A stretch of DNA of 53,696 nt from a virus. Its lineage: Duplodnaviria > Caudoviricetes. The stretch is from the IMG/VR virus record IMGVR_UViG_3300025450_000802, positions 1 to 53,696 of that record. One strand, written 5' to 3'. Numbering within the stretch: the stretch's first letter is position 1; every line of letters starts with the position of its first letter. Shown here in pieces: positions 1 through 9,083 of the stretch. The position numbers were made by a program, and so were the translations under genes. The notes under the pieces were generated by a model. That model did no database searches. It was not told the origin of the DNA and saw nothing but the letters and a program-made list of their open reading frames with translations.

Positions 1-1380
1 TAGCATAGGGCAACCTGTAATTTCACACCAACGTTCTAACAATTTTCTAATACCACTGCCATCGTTAGGTACTGTTTGTACACGACTACTGTTATCAGCG
101 TGTACAATAGCAGGATATAAGTCTGGATATTTACAACCTGCAACAACTTGCATGTATCTACTATCATTCCAGTGACGGGGCATAACAAAATAATTATGCA
201 CCGTTTCTTCTAATATAATGGGAGCAAATGGTCTAAATTTTTGTCTGCGTTTAATTTCATTTACTTTATCTTTAATTTCAGTTCCACGTGGGTCTGCTAA
301 TAAACTGCGATTGCCCAATGCTCTTGGTCCAAACTCGGCTCGTCCACTAGCAACACCTACCATTTTATTTGTAATTAATTCATTTATAATATCATCTACT
401 GGGTAGGGACCTTTAATTTCATGACCCAAAAAAGCATCGCGCCATGCTACTTCTTTACCATAACTTAATGCTGCTGCACCTAAACTATTGCCAGCATCGC
501 CTGGGTTAGGCATAATCCATATCTTGTTAAAATAATTACCTAACAATCTATTTGCTAGACAGTTAAGTGCTACGCCACCGCCATATACTAAGTTACGACT
601 GCGCCCTAACTTAACAGCAAGTTTCATAACATTACATATTAAATCTTCTGTGATCTTTTGTGTACAAGCAGCAATATCCATGTCACTTAAATGTGACATG
701 AAATTATCATCTACGCCTATATGTAGATTATTTTTAAATTGAAAGTTTTTAGCACTGTCTAATACTTCAAACTTCATTATGTCTGCTAATGTACTGCTTC
801 CATAAGCAACCATGCCCATGAGAATATATTCTTCGTCTAATGGTTTAAGCCCCGCACGCTTTGTCATAGCACTATAGAATAAACCTATACTATCAGGATA
901 ACTTTTACTCCATAGTTTTTTGTACTGTGCTATGCCATGACGATTGTAACGTGCGTCCCATATACTAATTGTGTCCATTTCACCTATAGCATCAATAACA
1001 ACTACGGTTGCGTCAGTGAAATGACTTGTTTGGAATCCAGCAGCAGCGTGACATTTGTGATGACTATGTGTTTTTACATGTTGTGTATCAAAACAATCCA
1101 ACACTTTTGTGCCTATTACTTTTTTAGCACTTGGATAAGTTAAATCTTGTCCTGCACGAAATTGACGATATAGTTTTAACCAGGGTTTTTCATAGTAATT
1201 AAGTGTATAGGGACCATGCATATAATTCAATGCATCTTCTACTATTTCAGTACATAGGTCTTTATCGTGTTTAACTTTACTATAACGCTCACTGTGACTG
1301 GCAAATCTTATTTCGCCGTCAGCACTGATAACAGTTAAACCTGCATCGTGAAATCCGCAACTTAATCCTATATGATTCAT
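1..1380 (-). CDS. O-carbamoyltransferase (NodU/CmcH/TobZ family), 3' end runs off the window
   Basis: Absent from the ORF track; translated by hand from ATG at 1380 (ATGA overlap with the upstream stop): MNHIGLSCGFHDAG...SHSERYS, YGGGVALNCLAN, PNPGDAGNSLGAA, EFGPRALGNRSLLADPR, VHADNSSRVQTV, ending GCPML at the window edge. These are the family's Kae1-like and YrdC-like domain motifs. Confidence 0.95.
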   Translation of the reverse strand, partial: MNHIGLSCGFHDAGLTVISADGEIRFASHSERYSKVKHDKDLCTEIVEDALNYMHGPYTLNYYEKPWLKLYRQFRAGQDLTYPSAKKVIGTKVLDCFDTQHVKTHSHHKCHAAAGFQTSHFTDATVVVIDAIGEMDTISIWDARYNRHGIAQYKKLWSKSYPDSIGLFYSAMTKRAGLKPLDEEYILMGMVAYGSSTLADIMKFEVLDSAKNFQFKNNLHIGVDDNFMSHLSDMDIAACTQKITEDLICNVMKLAVKLGRSRNLVYGGGVALNCLANRLLGNYFNKIWIMPNPGDAGNSLGAAALSYGKEVAWRDAFLGHEIKGPYPVDDIINELITNKMVGVASGRAEFGPRALGNRSLLADPRGTEIKDKVNEIKRRQKFRPFAPIILEETVHNYFVMPRHWNDSRYMQVVAGCKYPDLYPAIVHADNSSRVQTVPNDGSGIRKLLERWCEITGCPML

Positions 1381-2186
1381 TTAATAAATCCTTTAATTTG
1401 ATTCATCCATTTAACATGATGCAGAGGTCCAGGATGTTTTTTGTCTCGTGCTTTGTCATCTATTGGTACATATTGTGAAGTCCACTCAGGTAACAATACA
1501 ATAGACTCTAACTCCATTAATTTTAAAAAATTATATGTTTGATTTTCCCATGAACTAATGTATATGGATATATTCCTCAATCTTGCTATATAGTCTAGCA
1601 GATAAATTTGGTTTTTGCAAATTTTATACATATCTTCTAAAGGTATGGATCGATATATATCACTCGAATCAACACCAAAATCTTTGTTTACAGCCGAATT
1701 AACATCATTGCATATGTTAAGATGTGTAAGTATATCTAAATTTGGGTGATTTTTTGCTATTTGTAATCTGGTTAAACTAGGGAATAAGAAAACAGCATTT
1801 TTTATTTGTATATGTTGTGATAATATTAAAAACATATCAATCATTGAAGATATAGACCTACTAGGCAATCCAAAATTTACAGAGGTTTTATTTAATTCTA
1901 CAGACAATAATCTATGCCATAGCATTTTTTCAGGCAATCCAGTACCAAAAGTAAAACTACAGCCAAATGCTGCTATATCGGTACTATTGGGTAAATCAGT
2001 TCCCCTAAATCCATAATTGTTTATTTTATAATTAAAATGTTCTTTCTGCCAAGAATCAGAATATTTAATATCATCGTGCCCAAAAAAATCAGTTGTATAA
2101 TTTATTTCATTAGGATATGATGTGCTGTATGATAAAATATCATCTAATGATTTTGAATTTAACAAATTTAATTTTGCAAGTTTCAT
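1377..2186 (-). CDS. SGNH/GDSL-like hydrolase or acyltransferase
   Basis: INNYGFRG, block-I-like AFGCSFTFG and C-terminal RDKKHPG (DxxH); ATGA-coupled to neighbours. Confidence 0.65.
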   Translation of the reverse strand: MKLAKLNLLNSKSLDDILSYSTSYPNEINYTTDFFGHDDIKYSDSWQKEHFNYKINNYGFRGTDLPNSTDIAAFGCSFTFGTGLPEKMLWHRLLSVELNKTSVNFGLPSRSISSMIDMFLILSQHIQIKNAVFLFPSLTRLQIAKNHPNLDILTHLNICNDVNSAVNKDFGVDSSDIYRSIPLEDMYKICKNQIYLLDYIARLRNISIYISSWENQTYNFLKLMELESIVLLPEWTSQYVPIDDKARDKKHPGPLHHVKWMNQIKGFIK

Positions 2187-2920
2187 AATAAGTTTTTTCT
2201 TTTAATTTCATTAAACAAGATATCAGCCCATTGTTTATGTCCTAACTCACTGGGGTGTGAACCTATAACTGTATCTATGTTTGATGCTAACATATTATAA
2301 ACCAATGGATCATCTTTTAACCAATTAAACTGTGATAATAATTTTGTATATTCTAATTGATTTTTCTGATAGATATAATCCCAACCTGTGTGTTTAAAAA
2401 ACAAGTATGGAATATTATGTACTTTAAAAAAGTTACCTAATGTTGTTACATGTTGTATGTAAGTTTTAATGTCTTGTATATTAGAATTAAAATTTTTGTA
2501 ATAATATTCATGATCATTTAATACTTGACTGTTATTTGATACTTTGTGTTCATATAACATAGATGCAGGAGTAAGTAGTGCCCATGATTTGTTTGTTTCA
2601 CTGTAATATTCATAACGACTAGGCTCAGTCCATTGAATAGTTACAAAATGATTTGAGATATCTTTGTCTTGTAATAACAGATTGTGAAAGTAGTCAAGTG
2701 TTGTTCTAACAATGCGATAGTTTGATCCAGCACCTAAACTATCATTTATAACTTCATCAGCATTTATTAATTGACCTAAATGATATGGATATACAGTTTT
2801 TAATCTTTTTTGATTAAAGGGGTGGCTAGCAGGTTGATCGGGCAACCATACGTTATAATGATCAAAATTGAATAGTGAGCCGCCCCAAGTATAGCTGCAT
2901 CCATTTGCATAGTAAATCAT
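2183..2920 (-). CDS. SGNH/GDSL-like protein
   Basis: YANGCSYTWG, GAGSNYRI and HPSELGH motifs. Confidence 0.65.
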   Translation of the reverse strand: MIYYANGCSYTWGGSLFNFDHYNVWLPDQPASHPFNQKRLKTVYPYHLGQLINADEVINDSLGAGSNYRIVRTTLDYFHNLLLQDKDISNHFVTIQWTEPSRYEYYSETNKSWALLTPASMLYEHKVSNNSQVLNDHEYYYKNFNSNIQDIKTYIQHVTTLGNFFKVHNIPYLFFKHTGWDYIYQKNQLEYTKLLSQFNWLKDDPLVYNMLASNIDTVIGSHPSELGHKQWADILFNEIKRKNLL

Positions 2921-3021
2921 TTGTAGATAAAAGGATCTCTTTTACGCAATTCTTTAAGCTTTTTACGATAGCTAATTTCTAATTTAATTTTGTACCAAAT
3001 ATTACGAAAAAATCTTATCAT
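2917..3021 (-). CDS. 34-aa basic peptide MIRFFRNIWYKIKLEISYRKKLKELRKRDPFIYK
   Basis: Below the ORF-track cutoff; fills the gap exactly, with ATGA start/stop overlaps at both ends (3018-3021 and 2917-2920). Confidence 0.85.
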   Translation of the reverse strand: MIRFFRNIWYKIKLEISYRKKLKELRKRDPFIYK

Positions 3022-4064
3022 TTGTAATCTCCATATTCATCGTCACGCACAGTATCTAATGTAGCGCAATGAGGACCACCTGATAATGTTCTACAATGAC
3101 GCATTTGAATTGGCATTACATCAAAGCCATTACTTTCTAATTGTTTAATGATATTAGTTTGTCGATTTTCTACGGCAACTAATTTGTCGCTAATGCTTAA
3201 AACATTCATACCTAACCATGGGCTAGCAGGAGCCCAGTTTTCTAAGTAAGGGGTTTCTTCAGGTTTTTCACAATAAATCTTTTTCCAAGATTTAAAGTAT
3301 TCCGGACAGTTATTTTCATTAACACGATCAGGATTTAATAATACTACACCTGGTGCTAATGGCATAATGCTTGTATCTAAGTGTACGTAAGCATAGATAT
3401 TTTCTAATATGTGTACTGTATACTTGTCACCTAAAATAGTTTGCAACCATTGTGCACCAATTTTGTTACCACTGTTGCTTACAAGATAAAATAAATCCTT
3501 ACCACACTTAACAACATTAGCAGCATCAAACGCTGGTTCAAAGTCTGTAAGTGTAGGTTTACTCAAATCTGTACGGTCATATAACTCATCTAACAATTCA
3601 GGTTTAGGAGCTGAAATCCATTTGCTACCTGCTTTAAAATATTCTTTAAAAATATTTCTATAAGCATATGTTTCAAAAAAGCGTGATCTAAGTACCATTG
3701 GAGTTTCAATAAGCATGTCACCTATTACTAACACACTATCTCTAGGACAATAGCTGTAATAACCATCAGTTGTCCAATTTGGGCTAGAATGATATTTGGC
3801 ATGATTAACAATATCAGGTCGCAATACTTTTACTCCAACACTTTCTAATTGAGTTTGAAATAAATTTAAGTCTTCTTTGGTTTCTTCTATTACCTGTGAA
3901 GGATAACTACCTCCAGGTAATTTATTAACCATGTCATAGTTTGCATAGTCTACACAGTGAATATCTTTATATTTGGTCACAGGAACTCTAGCGAACTCTG
4001 CATTACCTAGAATAACTTCTTTTAGTGTACCCCATTCCGTATTTGAATTAACTTTACTTAACAT
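3018..4064 (-). CDS. Amidinotransferase (glycine / inosamine-phosphate amidinotransferase family)
   Basis: VNSNTEWGTLKEVILG, YCPRD, FDAAN, HLDTS and catalytic GGPHC. Likely start MLSKV at 4064 (track start 4109). Confidence 0.93.
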   Translation of the reverse strand: MLSKVNSNTEWGTLKEVILGNAEFARVPVTKYKDIHCVDYANYDMVNKLPGGSYPSQVIEETKEDLNLFQTQLESVGVKVLRPDIVNHAKYHSSPNWTTDGYYSYCPRDSVLVIGDMLIETPMVLRSRFFETYAYRNIFKEYFKAGSKWISAPKPELLDELYDRTDLSKPTLTDFEPAFDAANVVKCGKDLFYLVSNSGNKIGAQWLQTILGDKYTVHILENIYAYVHLDTSIMPLAPGVVLLNPDRVNENNCPEYFKSWKKIYCEKPEETPYLENWAPASPWLGMNVLSISDKLVAVENRQTNIIKQLESNGFDVMPIQMRHCRTLSGGPHCATLDTVRDDEYGDYK

Positions 4065-5797
4065 TTCCATGCTTTCTTTCTTCTCCCGTACCAGTAAGTG
4101 TTTATACAAAATTGTTTAAATTCTATATTAGGTTTAACGATTTGCTTATCGATTTCGTCTACGATATTTATATTAAGGTCAAGTAGACATTTTTTAATAA
4201 ATTTTTGCAGGTCAGCAAAAAACTGATTTCTGTTTTGTTGATATACTATACAAGACGCACTATCGTAATCCCAATATATATCATCGTCACCAAACATTTG
4301 TCTGCCCCAAAAATCATTGTTGGTTATTGTATTTTCTAATGCATTTTTGGTTGCGTAATATTGATCACGCATTAAACAATCATTATTTTTCATATACTCA
4401 TATAACAATATGTAAAAGCTACTAAGTTTCATACCTGATGATTTGCTTAAAAGATTAGTCCAGCCTAAGCTATGACTACTAATTAAAAACCATTTAAATA
4501 AAAAACATTCCAAATATTCTTCAGTAGTCAGTGTGTTAGTTGCCATTACATAATTACCGTACTCAATAGGAATATTCTTATTTCGTTTAGCAAAAAAACT
4601 TACTTGAGGTGTATAAGCAAATTTTAGTCCATGCTTTTGAATATAATCTATATCACTAAACTCAGTATTCTTGTATGCCTCTAGAGGATGCCCAAATATC
4701 CAACCCTCAGGATTAATGTCTAACACATTTAATAATCCCTCAGTCCAACTCTGTAGAGTTTCACCTGGTAACCCAACAATAAAGTCGTGATAAGTTTGCA
4801 TATTATTGTCGGCATATCGTTTACTGATTTCTGCTAATTTATCATTTGCAATATTAATTCGTTTAATGTTCATTAAGGTAGCTTTATTGCTGCTTTGTAA
4901 CGCTAATGTTACACCGCCCCTATTCATACTATCTAATATTTTACTCATTTCAAATATACGATCGGGGCTGCTTTTTGCCCAAGTAGCACTAATCTTTTCT
5001 GGGTATCCAGTAGATAGATGTTGCTGTCTTATATATTTTACCAATTCTAAATCTCGTTTGATAATGCCAAAATTAGCATCAGCAACTTCGATGTATTCGG
5101 TTTTCTTTTTAGTGAAATAATCAATTTCAGCAAATAACCTTTCATCACTAAACTGATAAACTTTACTATAATAATCTGCGCCTAAATCACAGAATGTGCA
5201 ACTATAAGGACATCCTCTGTTAGTTTCCCAAACAGGCATAAAGTTATAATCATATCTTTCATAAAAACTATCAAACAGTCCAGTTAAATAAGGACTTGGT
5301 ATCACGTTAACATCTTTTAATCGTTCACGTGTAGGTGTAAGTGTATATGTGTTGTTTTGTATATAGGCTAATCCATTAACTGTAGATAAATCTGTGTTAT
5401 TAAGTAATGCACGTAACAGTTCTAAAAGAGTTTGTTCGCCTTCCCCCCAAACACTTATATCTACATAACTATGCTCTTGTAAATAAGTTTGATCTTGTTG
5501 AGCATTAGGACCGCCTATTATAATTTTACAATTAGGGTATTTTTCTTTAATTAATTTAGCAATAGTTAAATGATATGTTGTGTTCCAACCATAATTACTG
5601 AATAATGCAACGTCGGGGTCTACAATTTTTTCAATATATAAATTTGGATCAATTTTTTCAAAATAGATATCAATTAGTTTATAATTATCTGTAATATCTT
5701 TATGTTGACTTACATATGTCCAAAGTATTCCTGAACTATAAGGCAAATACATATTGCCGTTAAAGTCTTCTTGGCATTGAAAAAAGTACACATTCAT
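4058..5797 (-). CDS. Cobalamin-binding-domain radical SAM enzyme (class B type, possible methyltransferase)
   Basis: N-terminal B12-binding-like region (YLPYS, SNYGWN, IIGGP, GEGE), then ETNRGCPYSCTFC, DANFG and FIVGLPGET. Confidence 0.9.
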   Translation of the reverse strand: MNVYFFQCQEDFNGNMYLPYSSGILWTYVSQHKDITDNYKLIDIYFEKIDPNLYIEKIVDPDVALFSNYGWNTTYHLTIAKLIKEKYPNCKIIIGGPNAQQDQTYLQEHSYVDISVWGEGEQTLLELLRALLNNTDLSTVNGLAYIQNNTYTLTPTRERLKDVNVIPSPYLTGLFDSFYERYDYNFMPVWETNRGCPYSCTFCDLGADYYSKVYQFSDERLFAEIDYFTKKKTEYIEVADANFGIIKRDLELVKYIRQQHLSTGYPEKISATWAKSSPDRIFEMSKILDSMNRGGVTLALQSSNKATLMNIKRINIANDKLAEISKRYADNNMQTYHDFIVGLPGETLQSWTEGLLNVLDINPEGWIFGHPLEAYKNTEFSDIDYIQKHGLKFAYTPQVSFFAKRNKNIPIEYGNYVMATNTLTTEEYLECFLFKWFLISSHSLGWTNLLSKSSGMKLSSFYILLYEYMKNNDCLMRDQYYATKNALENTITNNDFWGRQMFGDDDIYWDYDSASCIVYQQNRNQFFADLQKFIKKCLLDLNINIVDEIDKQIVKPNIEFKQFCINTYWYGRRKKAWKC

Positions 5798-6444
5798 TAG
5801 GCTAAATATGGCTCAAATACTGGTTGCTTAGATAAATCTTTGTAAGTTTTACTACTACCTGTTACTGGATTGTCATCGGCTATATCTTCTAACAACAATA
5901 AACCTTTAACTGCTTCTTCAGGAGTCATATACATATGATAACCAATACATTCATAATTATCAACATCGTGCATAACTTCTTTATGACGTCCATCGTAAAT
6001 CATAGGTCTACACCAATTTACAAAGTTAATGTTATTAGTTAGTATAACACCACCGCGACCTATTTTCAATGTTTTTCTATGATGAAAACTCACACAAAAA
6101 TATGAATCTTGAACATACATGCCTTTATTAAAGCAAACAGCTCCATCGATAATGTGCGTGTTGCCCAAATTGTAGTATCCTGACCAATCTTGATCTACAA
6201 ATCGTATTTTATTTCCAGCATGAATGCATTGCATAGGTACGCTGGCATATGTATGTTTTGGGAGTGTGATAACTTGATCGGTAATGTTTAAATATTTCAT
6301 ACACAAGAATAACGCACTACTGCAACTATCTACACATACAGCATACTTTGATCCTGCATATTCTGCTAATTTGTTTTCAAATATTGTTACACAATCCCAA
6401 GGATCGTTAATGTTATATCCTTTACTTATGAGTTGGGATATCAT
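5797..6444 (-). CDS. DegT/DnrJ/EryC1/StrS-family PLP aminotransferase, compact form
   Basis: FENKLAEYAGSKYAVCVDSCSSAL, IIDGA and SFHHRKTLKIGRGG (PLP lysine); only 215 aa. Confidence 0.85.
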   Translation of the reverse strand: MISQLISKGYNINDPWDCVTIFENKLAEYAGSKYAVCVDSCSSALFLCMKYLNITDQVITLPKHTYASVPMQCIHAGNKIRFVDQDWSGYYNLGNTHIIDGAVCFNKGMYVQDSYFCVSFHHRKTLKIGRGGVILTNNINFVNWCRPMIYDGRHKEVMHDVDNYECIGYHMYMTPEEAVKGLLLLEDIADDNPVTGSSKTYKDLSKQPVFEPYLA

Positions 6445-7162
6445 ATGGTTCTCCTAATTCTTTATCAAACCAATATAAACTGCGATGAGGGCGATCATCG
6501 GTTTTATGTTGAGCATCACTATAATAATAAAATAATCTAAAAGTATTTCTACTCATGCCTTCAGGACAAGTTAATGGATCAGGATAACCATGAAAGCCAC
6601 GTTTATGATAACGCCATATAATTGCACGATTGAACAATGGTGGTATACGTTGAATTCGTTTTTCATTATTAAAGTCGTTGAAGTCTAATGCTCCTCCCCA
6701 TTCTTCTTTCCAATTAGGATTTAAGTAGATAATAAAACTAAGCATTCTATGCACTTTAATTTGTTCATTCCAGTTAAAGTCAGTGTGCATTTTTAAACTA
6801 TCACCTGTAAAGCTACGACTATAACCAGCACCTGTTAAATAAGGATCAGGAATTAAATCTTTTATTCCTGTAACATTGCAAATCCATTCCATACCCAATG
6901 CACTGTGCATTTGATTTACAAATTCATACGCAACTGGTGCATGTTCTACTTTTTTACATTCTTTCATGTAGCTGCCTTTGCGTGTAAACTCTGTCCAATA
7001 CTGATCAGGTATAGTTTCGCATTCATTAGCTAATTTTAATGCAAAATCTTCAGGTAAAAAGTTGTCTAAAACTATCATCGGGAATGGTGGAGTTCCAACA
7101 AATTTATTATTCAATTCTTGAAAATTACCAAAGTTATTTTTTAAATGCTTAATGATTTGCAT
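6422..7162 (-). CDS. 2OG-Fe(II) oxygenase (prolyl-4-hydroxylase-like)
   Basis: PFPMIVLDNFL, HTD, IIYLNPNWKEEWGG, FHG and distal R (HxD...H...R). Confidence 0.9.
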   Translation of the reverse strand: MQIIKHLKNNFGNFQELNNKFVGTPPFPMIVLDNFLPEDFALKLANECETIPDQYWTEFTRKGSYMKECKKVEHAPVAYEFVNQMHSALGMEWICNVTGIKDLIPDPYLTGAGYSRSFTGDSLKMHTDFNWNEQIKVHRMLSFIIYLNPNWKEEWGGALDFNDFNNEKRIQRIPPLFNRAIIWRYHKRGFHGYPDPLTCPEGMSRNTFRLFYYYSDAQHKTDDRPHRSLYWFDKELGEPYDIPTHK

Positions 7163-7182
7163 GGTATTGTCCTTATATTAGG

Positions 7183-7189
7183 TATTTAT
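7183..7189 (-). promoter_or_regulatory. Late-promoter-like ATAAATA box for the 7162-to-1 operon
   Basis: AATAAATA 20 nt upstream of the ATG, followed by AAGGA; resembles the T4 late consensus TATAAATA. Confidence 0.6.
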
Positions 7190-7207
7190 TGGTTGTTTTA
7201 TAGGTGT

Positions 7208-7215
7208 TATAAATA
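7208..7215 (+). promoter_or_regulatory. T4-type late promoter TATAAATA
   Basis: Exact consensus, followed by a GGGAG Shine-Dalgarno and ATG 7239. Confidence 0.7.
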
Positions 7216-7238
7216 CTTTATTAGACGGGAGTTTATTT

Positions 7239-7910
7239 ATGATACTTGATTGGCAGTATAATGTTAATACTAAAATTGCATCAGTAGATGTAGTACCAGG
7301 TTTACGATACGAAACCCCAGACGGTGGACAAACTATTAATAAATTTGTAGATGGTGAACTAGTAAGTACTTTCCACAAGTTTGGACCTGATAAAAAATTC
7401 ACAGGAGCTGACCCACAAGGTTCTGGACGTTTTGGTATTCCAGCAGATGAGATTTATGATGACTGGCCTGCTGAAGTTATGTGGATAGCTAAAACATATC
7501 CTGATGTAGTAGGTGAATTAATTCCCGATTGGGACAAGGGCTTTTTAAATAAAAACGGTGAAATAGAAGATATCGGTAAAAAACGCGGCATGGGTGTTGT
7601 AAGTTCAGATAAGCCAGTAAGTATTAACCGCATCTGTCAACCTGCTTGGGTTCAAGAGTGGTGGGATTGGGATACTGTTGCTGTTAACCCTAATAAAAAA
7701 TTAGACGAAAATTGTCATTTTGGCATTGAATGGAAACGCAATAAAGCAACAGGTAAAATTGTAAGAATAGGTAACAGACATCCGCAAGTTCCATGTTGTG
7801 TGTTCCCACACTTACATGGTCCATATGAAGTAACTGCTGATGATATTGTTAAAAACGAAGGAACTTGGTTAAACAATTGGTCTTTTGAAAAATTACAAAG
7901 CGTTGGCTAA
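7239..7910 (+). CDS. Hypothetical protein (only plus-strand gene)
   Basis: 223-aa ORF filling a gap with no long minus-strand ORF; has its own promoter box and SD. Confidence 0.85.
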   Translation: MILDWQYNVNTKIASVDVVPGLRYETPDGGQTINKFVDGELVSTFHKFGPDKKFTGADPQGSGRFGIPADEIYDDWPAEVMWIAKTYPDVVGELIPDWDKGFLNKNGEIEDIGKKRGMGVVSSDKPVSINRICQPAWVQEWWDWDTVAVNPNKKLDENCHFGIEWKRNKATGKIVRIGNRHPQVPCCVFPHLHGPYEVTADDIVKNEGTWLNNWSFEKLQSVG

Positions 7911-9083
7911 AAATCTTTCTTGATTGTATTTTGCAATAGCCTGCATCTGTTCATAGATTTCTTTGAATTGTGCAGGCTTTTCCATTCTTAAAGTTTGTAG
8001 TCGTGACAATTCTTGCGCGATCATTAACACTCTGCGACCATTATCAATTTCATCATCGTAGTCTTCATTAATATAAGGACTAAATGTTTTATATCCTAGG
8101 CTACGTAGACCTTTTAATGAATGTACTGCGTTTAATTGTATAAAGGGTTTCCCTAATTTAATTGACCAAAACGATTTTTCACTGAAAAACTGTTCTTTGT
8201 TGAAGCGTGTTTCTGTTACTAACTCTATTAATGAGTTAATCCTAGCTTCATAACCCGGCGCTTTATATACTAAATCATATAACGGAAAGTCTGTATTACG
8301 ATTAAACGTAGTTCTGTCATCAAGTATCAACGGATATTTGTTTCTTAAATTGTTTAATCGATCTAATATGTCTGGTAATTCAGGTTGCCCAATCAAATAT
8401 GATTGACTACCTCTAACTAACAATTGAAAATCTTGTTCAGGATTATATTTAAACTTATCAATACCTGGACTTGTAACATAACCTTGATCGATCAAATCAT
8501 AATAATTCAATGCAGCGATAATTGCTAATCTATGATGCCAAGCATTCCAGTTAAAACAACAATATAGTTTTTTATCTTCATATGCTAATTCTTTTACAGG
8601 TATGGTTGGGTCACGATAAACACTATGATTATAATTATTATAACAATTGTTCTCGTAGCATTTAGCTAATCTATTGGTTATGTTATTATTGTCACAAAAT
8701 TCTGTGTATATATCTTGTACGTTTGTCGCACAGTTAAAATAATAACATTTGCTGGCATCTAGTTTACAAAAATCAATAGTTGCGTGTATTGCTTTGAAAA
8801 TCTCGTCTGTGCAATACCCTTCTGTTGTATTGAAAAATAATGTTGTACCTGACTTTAAATCTGTTGGGTATTTAACTTGATCACGATTGTTGAGCAAATC
8901 AGACAATACTGACCAATGTCCATCACTACTCCATCCGTCTAACCAAAAATAGTTGTCATAGTTTCTATCATTGCCCGGATGAGCTTCTGGTATAGCTTGA
9001 AATCTACTAGCAAGATTTCTATCTATGATTAAGGCATCGTTAAGTTTAATAAACTCTGCCCAATAATTTTTTAACGGTGTCAT
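7893..9083 (-). CDS. Putative GT-B-fold glycosyltransferase-like protein
   Basis: C-terminal LVTET...FFSEKS...KPFI...LGYKTF...EDYD resembles the E-N/T...(T/S)EK motif of GT10-like enzymes; assignment tentative. Confidence 0.45.
   Translation of the reverse strand: MTPLKNYWAEFIKLNDALIIDRNLASRFQAIPEAHPGNDRNYDNYFWLDGWSSDGHWSVLSDLLNNRDQVKYPTDLKSGTTLFFNTTEGYCTDEIFKAIHATIDFCKLDASKCYYFNCATNVQDIYTEFCDNNNITNRLAKCYENNCYNNYNHSVYRDPTIPVKELAYEDKKLYCCFNWNAWHHRLAIIAALNYYDLIDQGYVTSPGIDKFKYNPEQDFQLLVRGSQSYLIGQPELPDILDRLNNLRNKYPLILDDRTTFNRNTDFPLYDLVYKAPGYEARINSLIELVTETRFNKEQFFSEKSFWSIKLGKPFIQLNAVHSLKGLRSLGYKTFSPYINEDYDDEIDNGRRVLMIAQELSRLQTLRMEKPAQFKEIYEQMQAIAKYNQERFLANAL

Noticed and set aside
1-7162. Saxitoxin-like cluster (SxtG/SxtI/SxtL/SxtS-like enzyme classes)
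   Set aside because: Only generic families match; no SxtA-like PKS or other core genes in the window.
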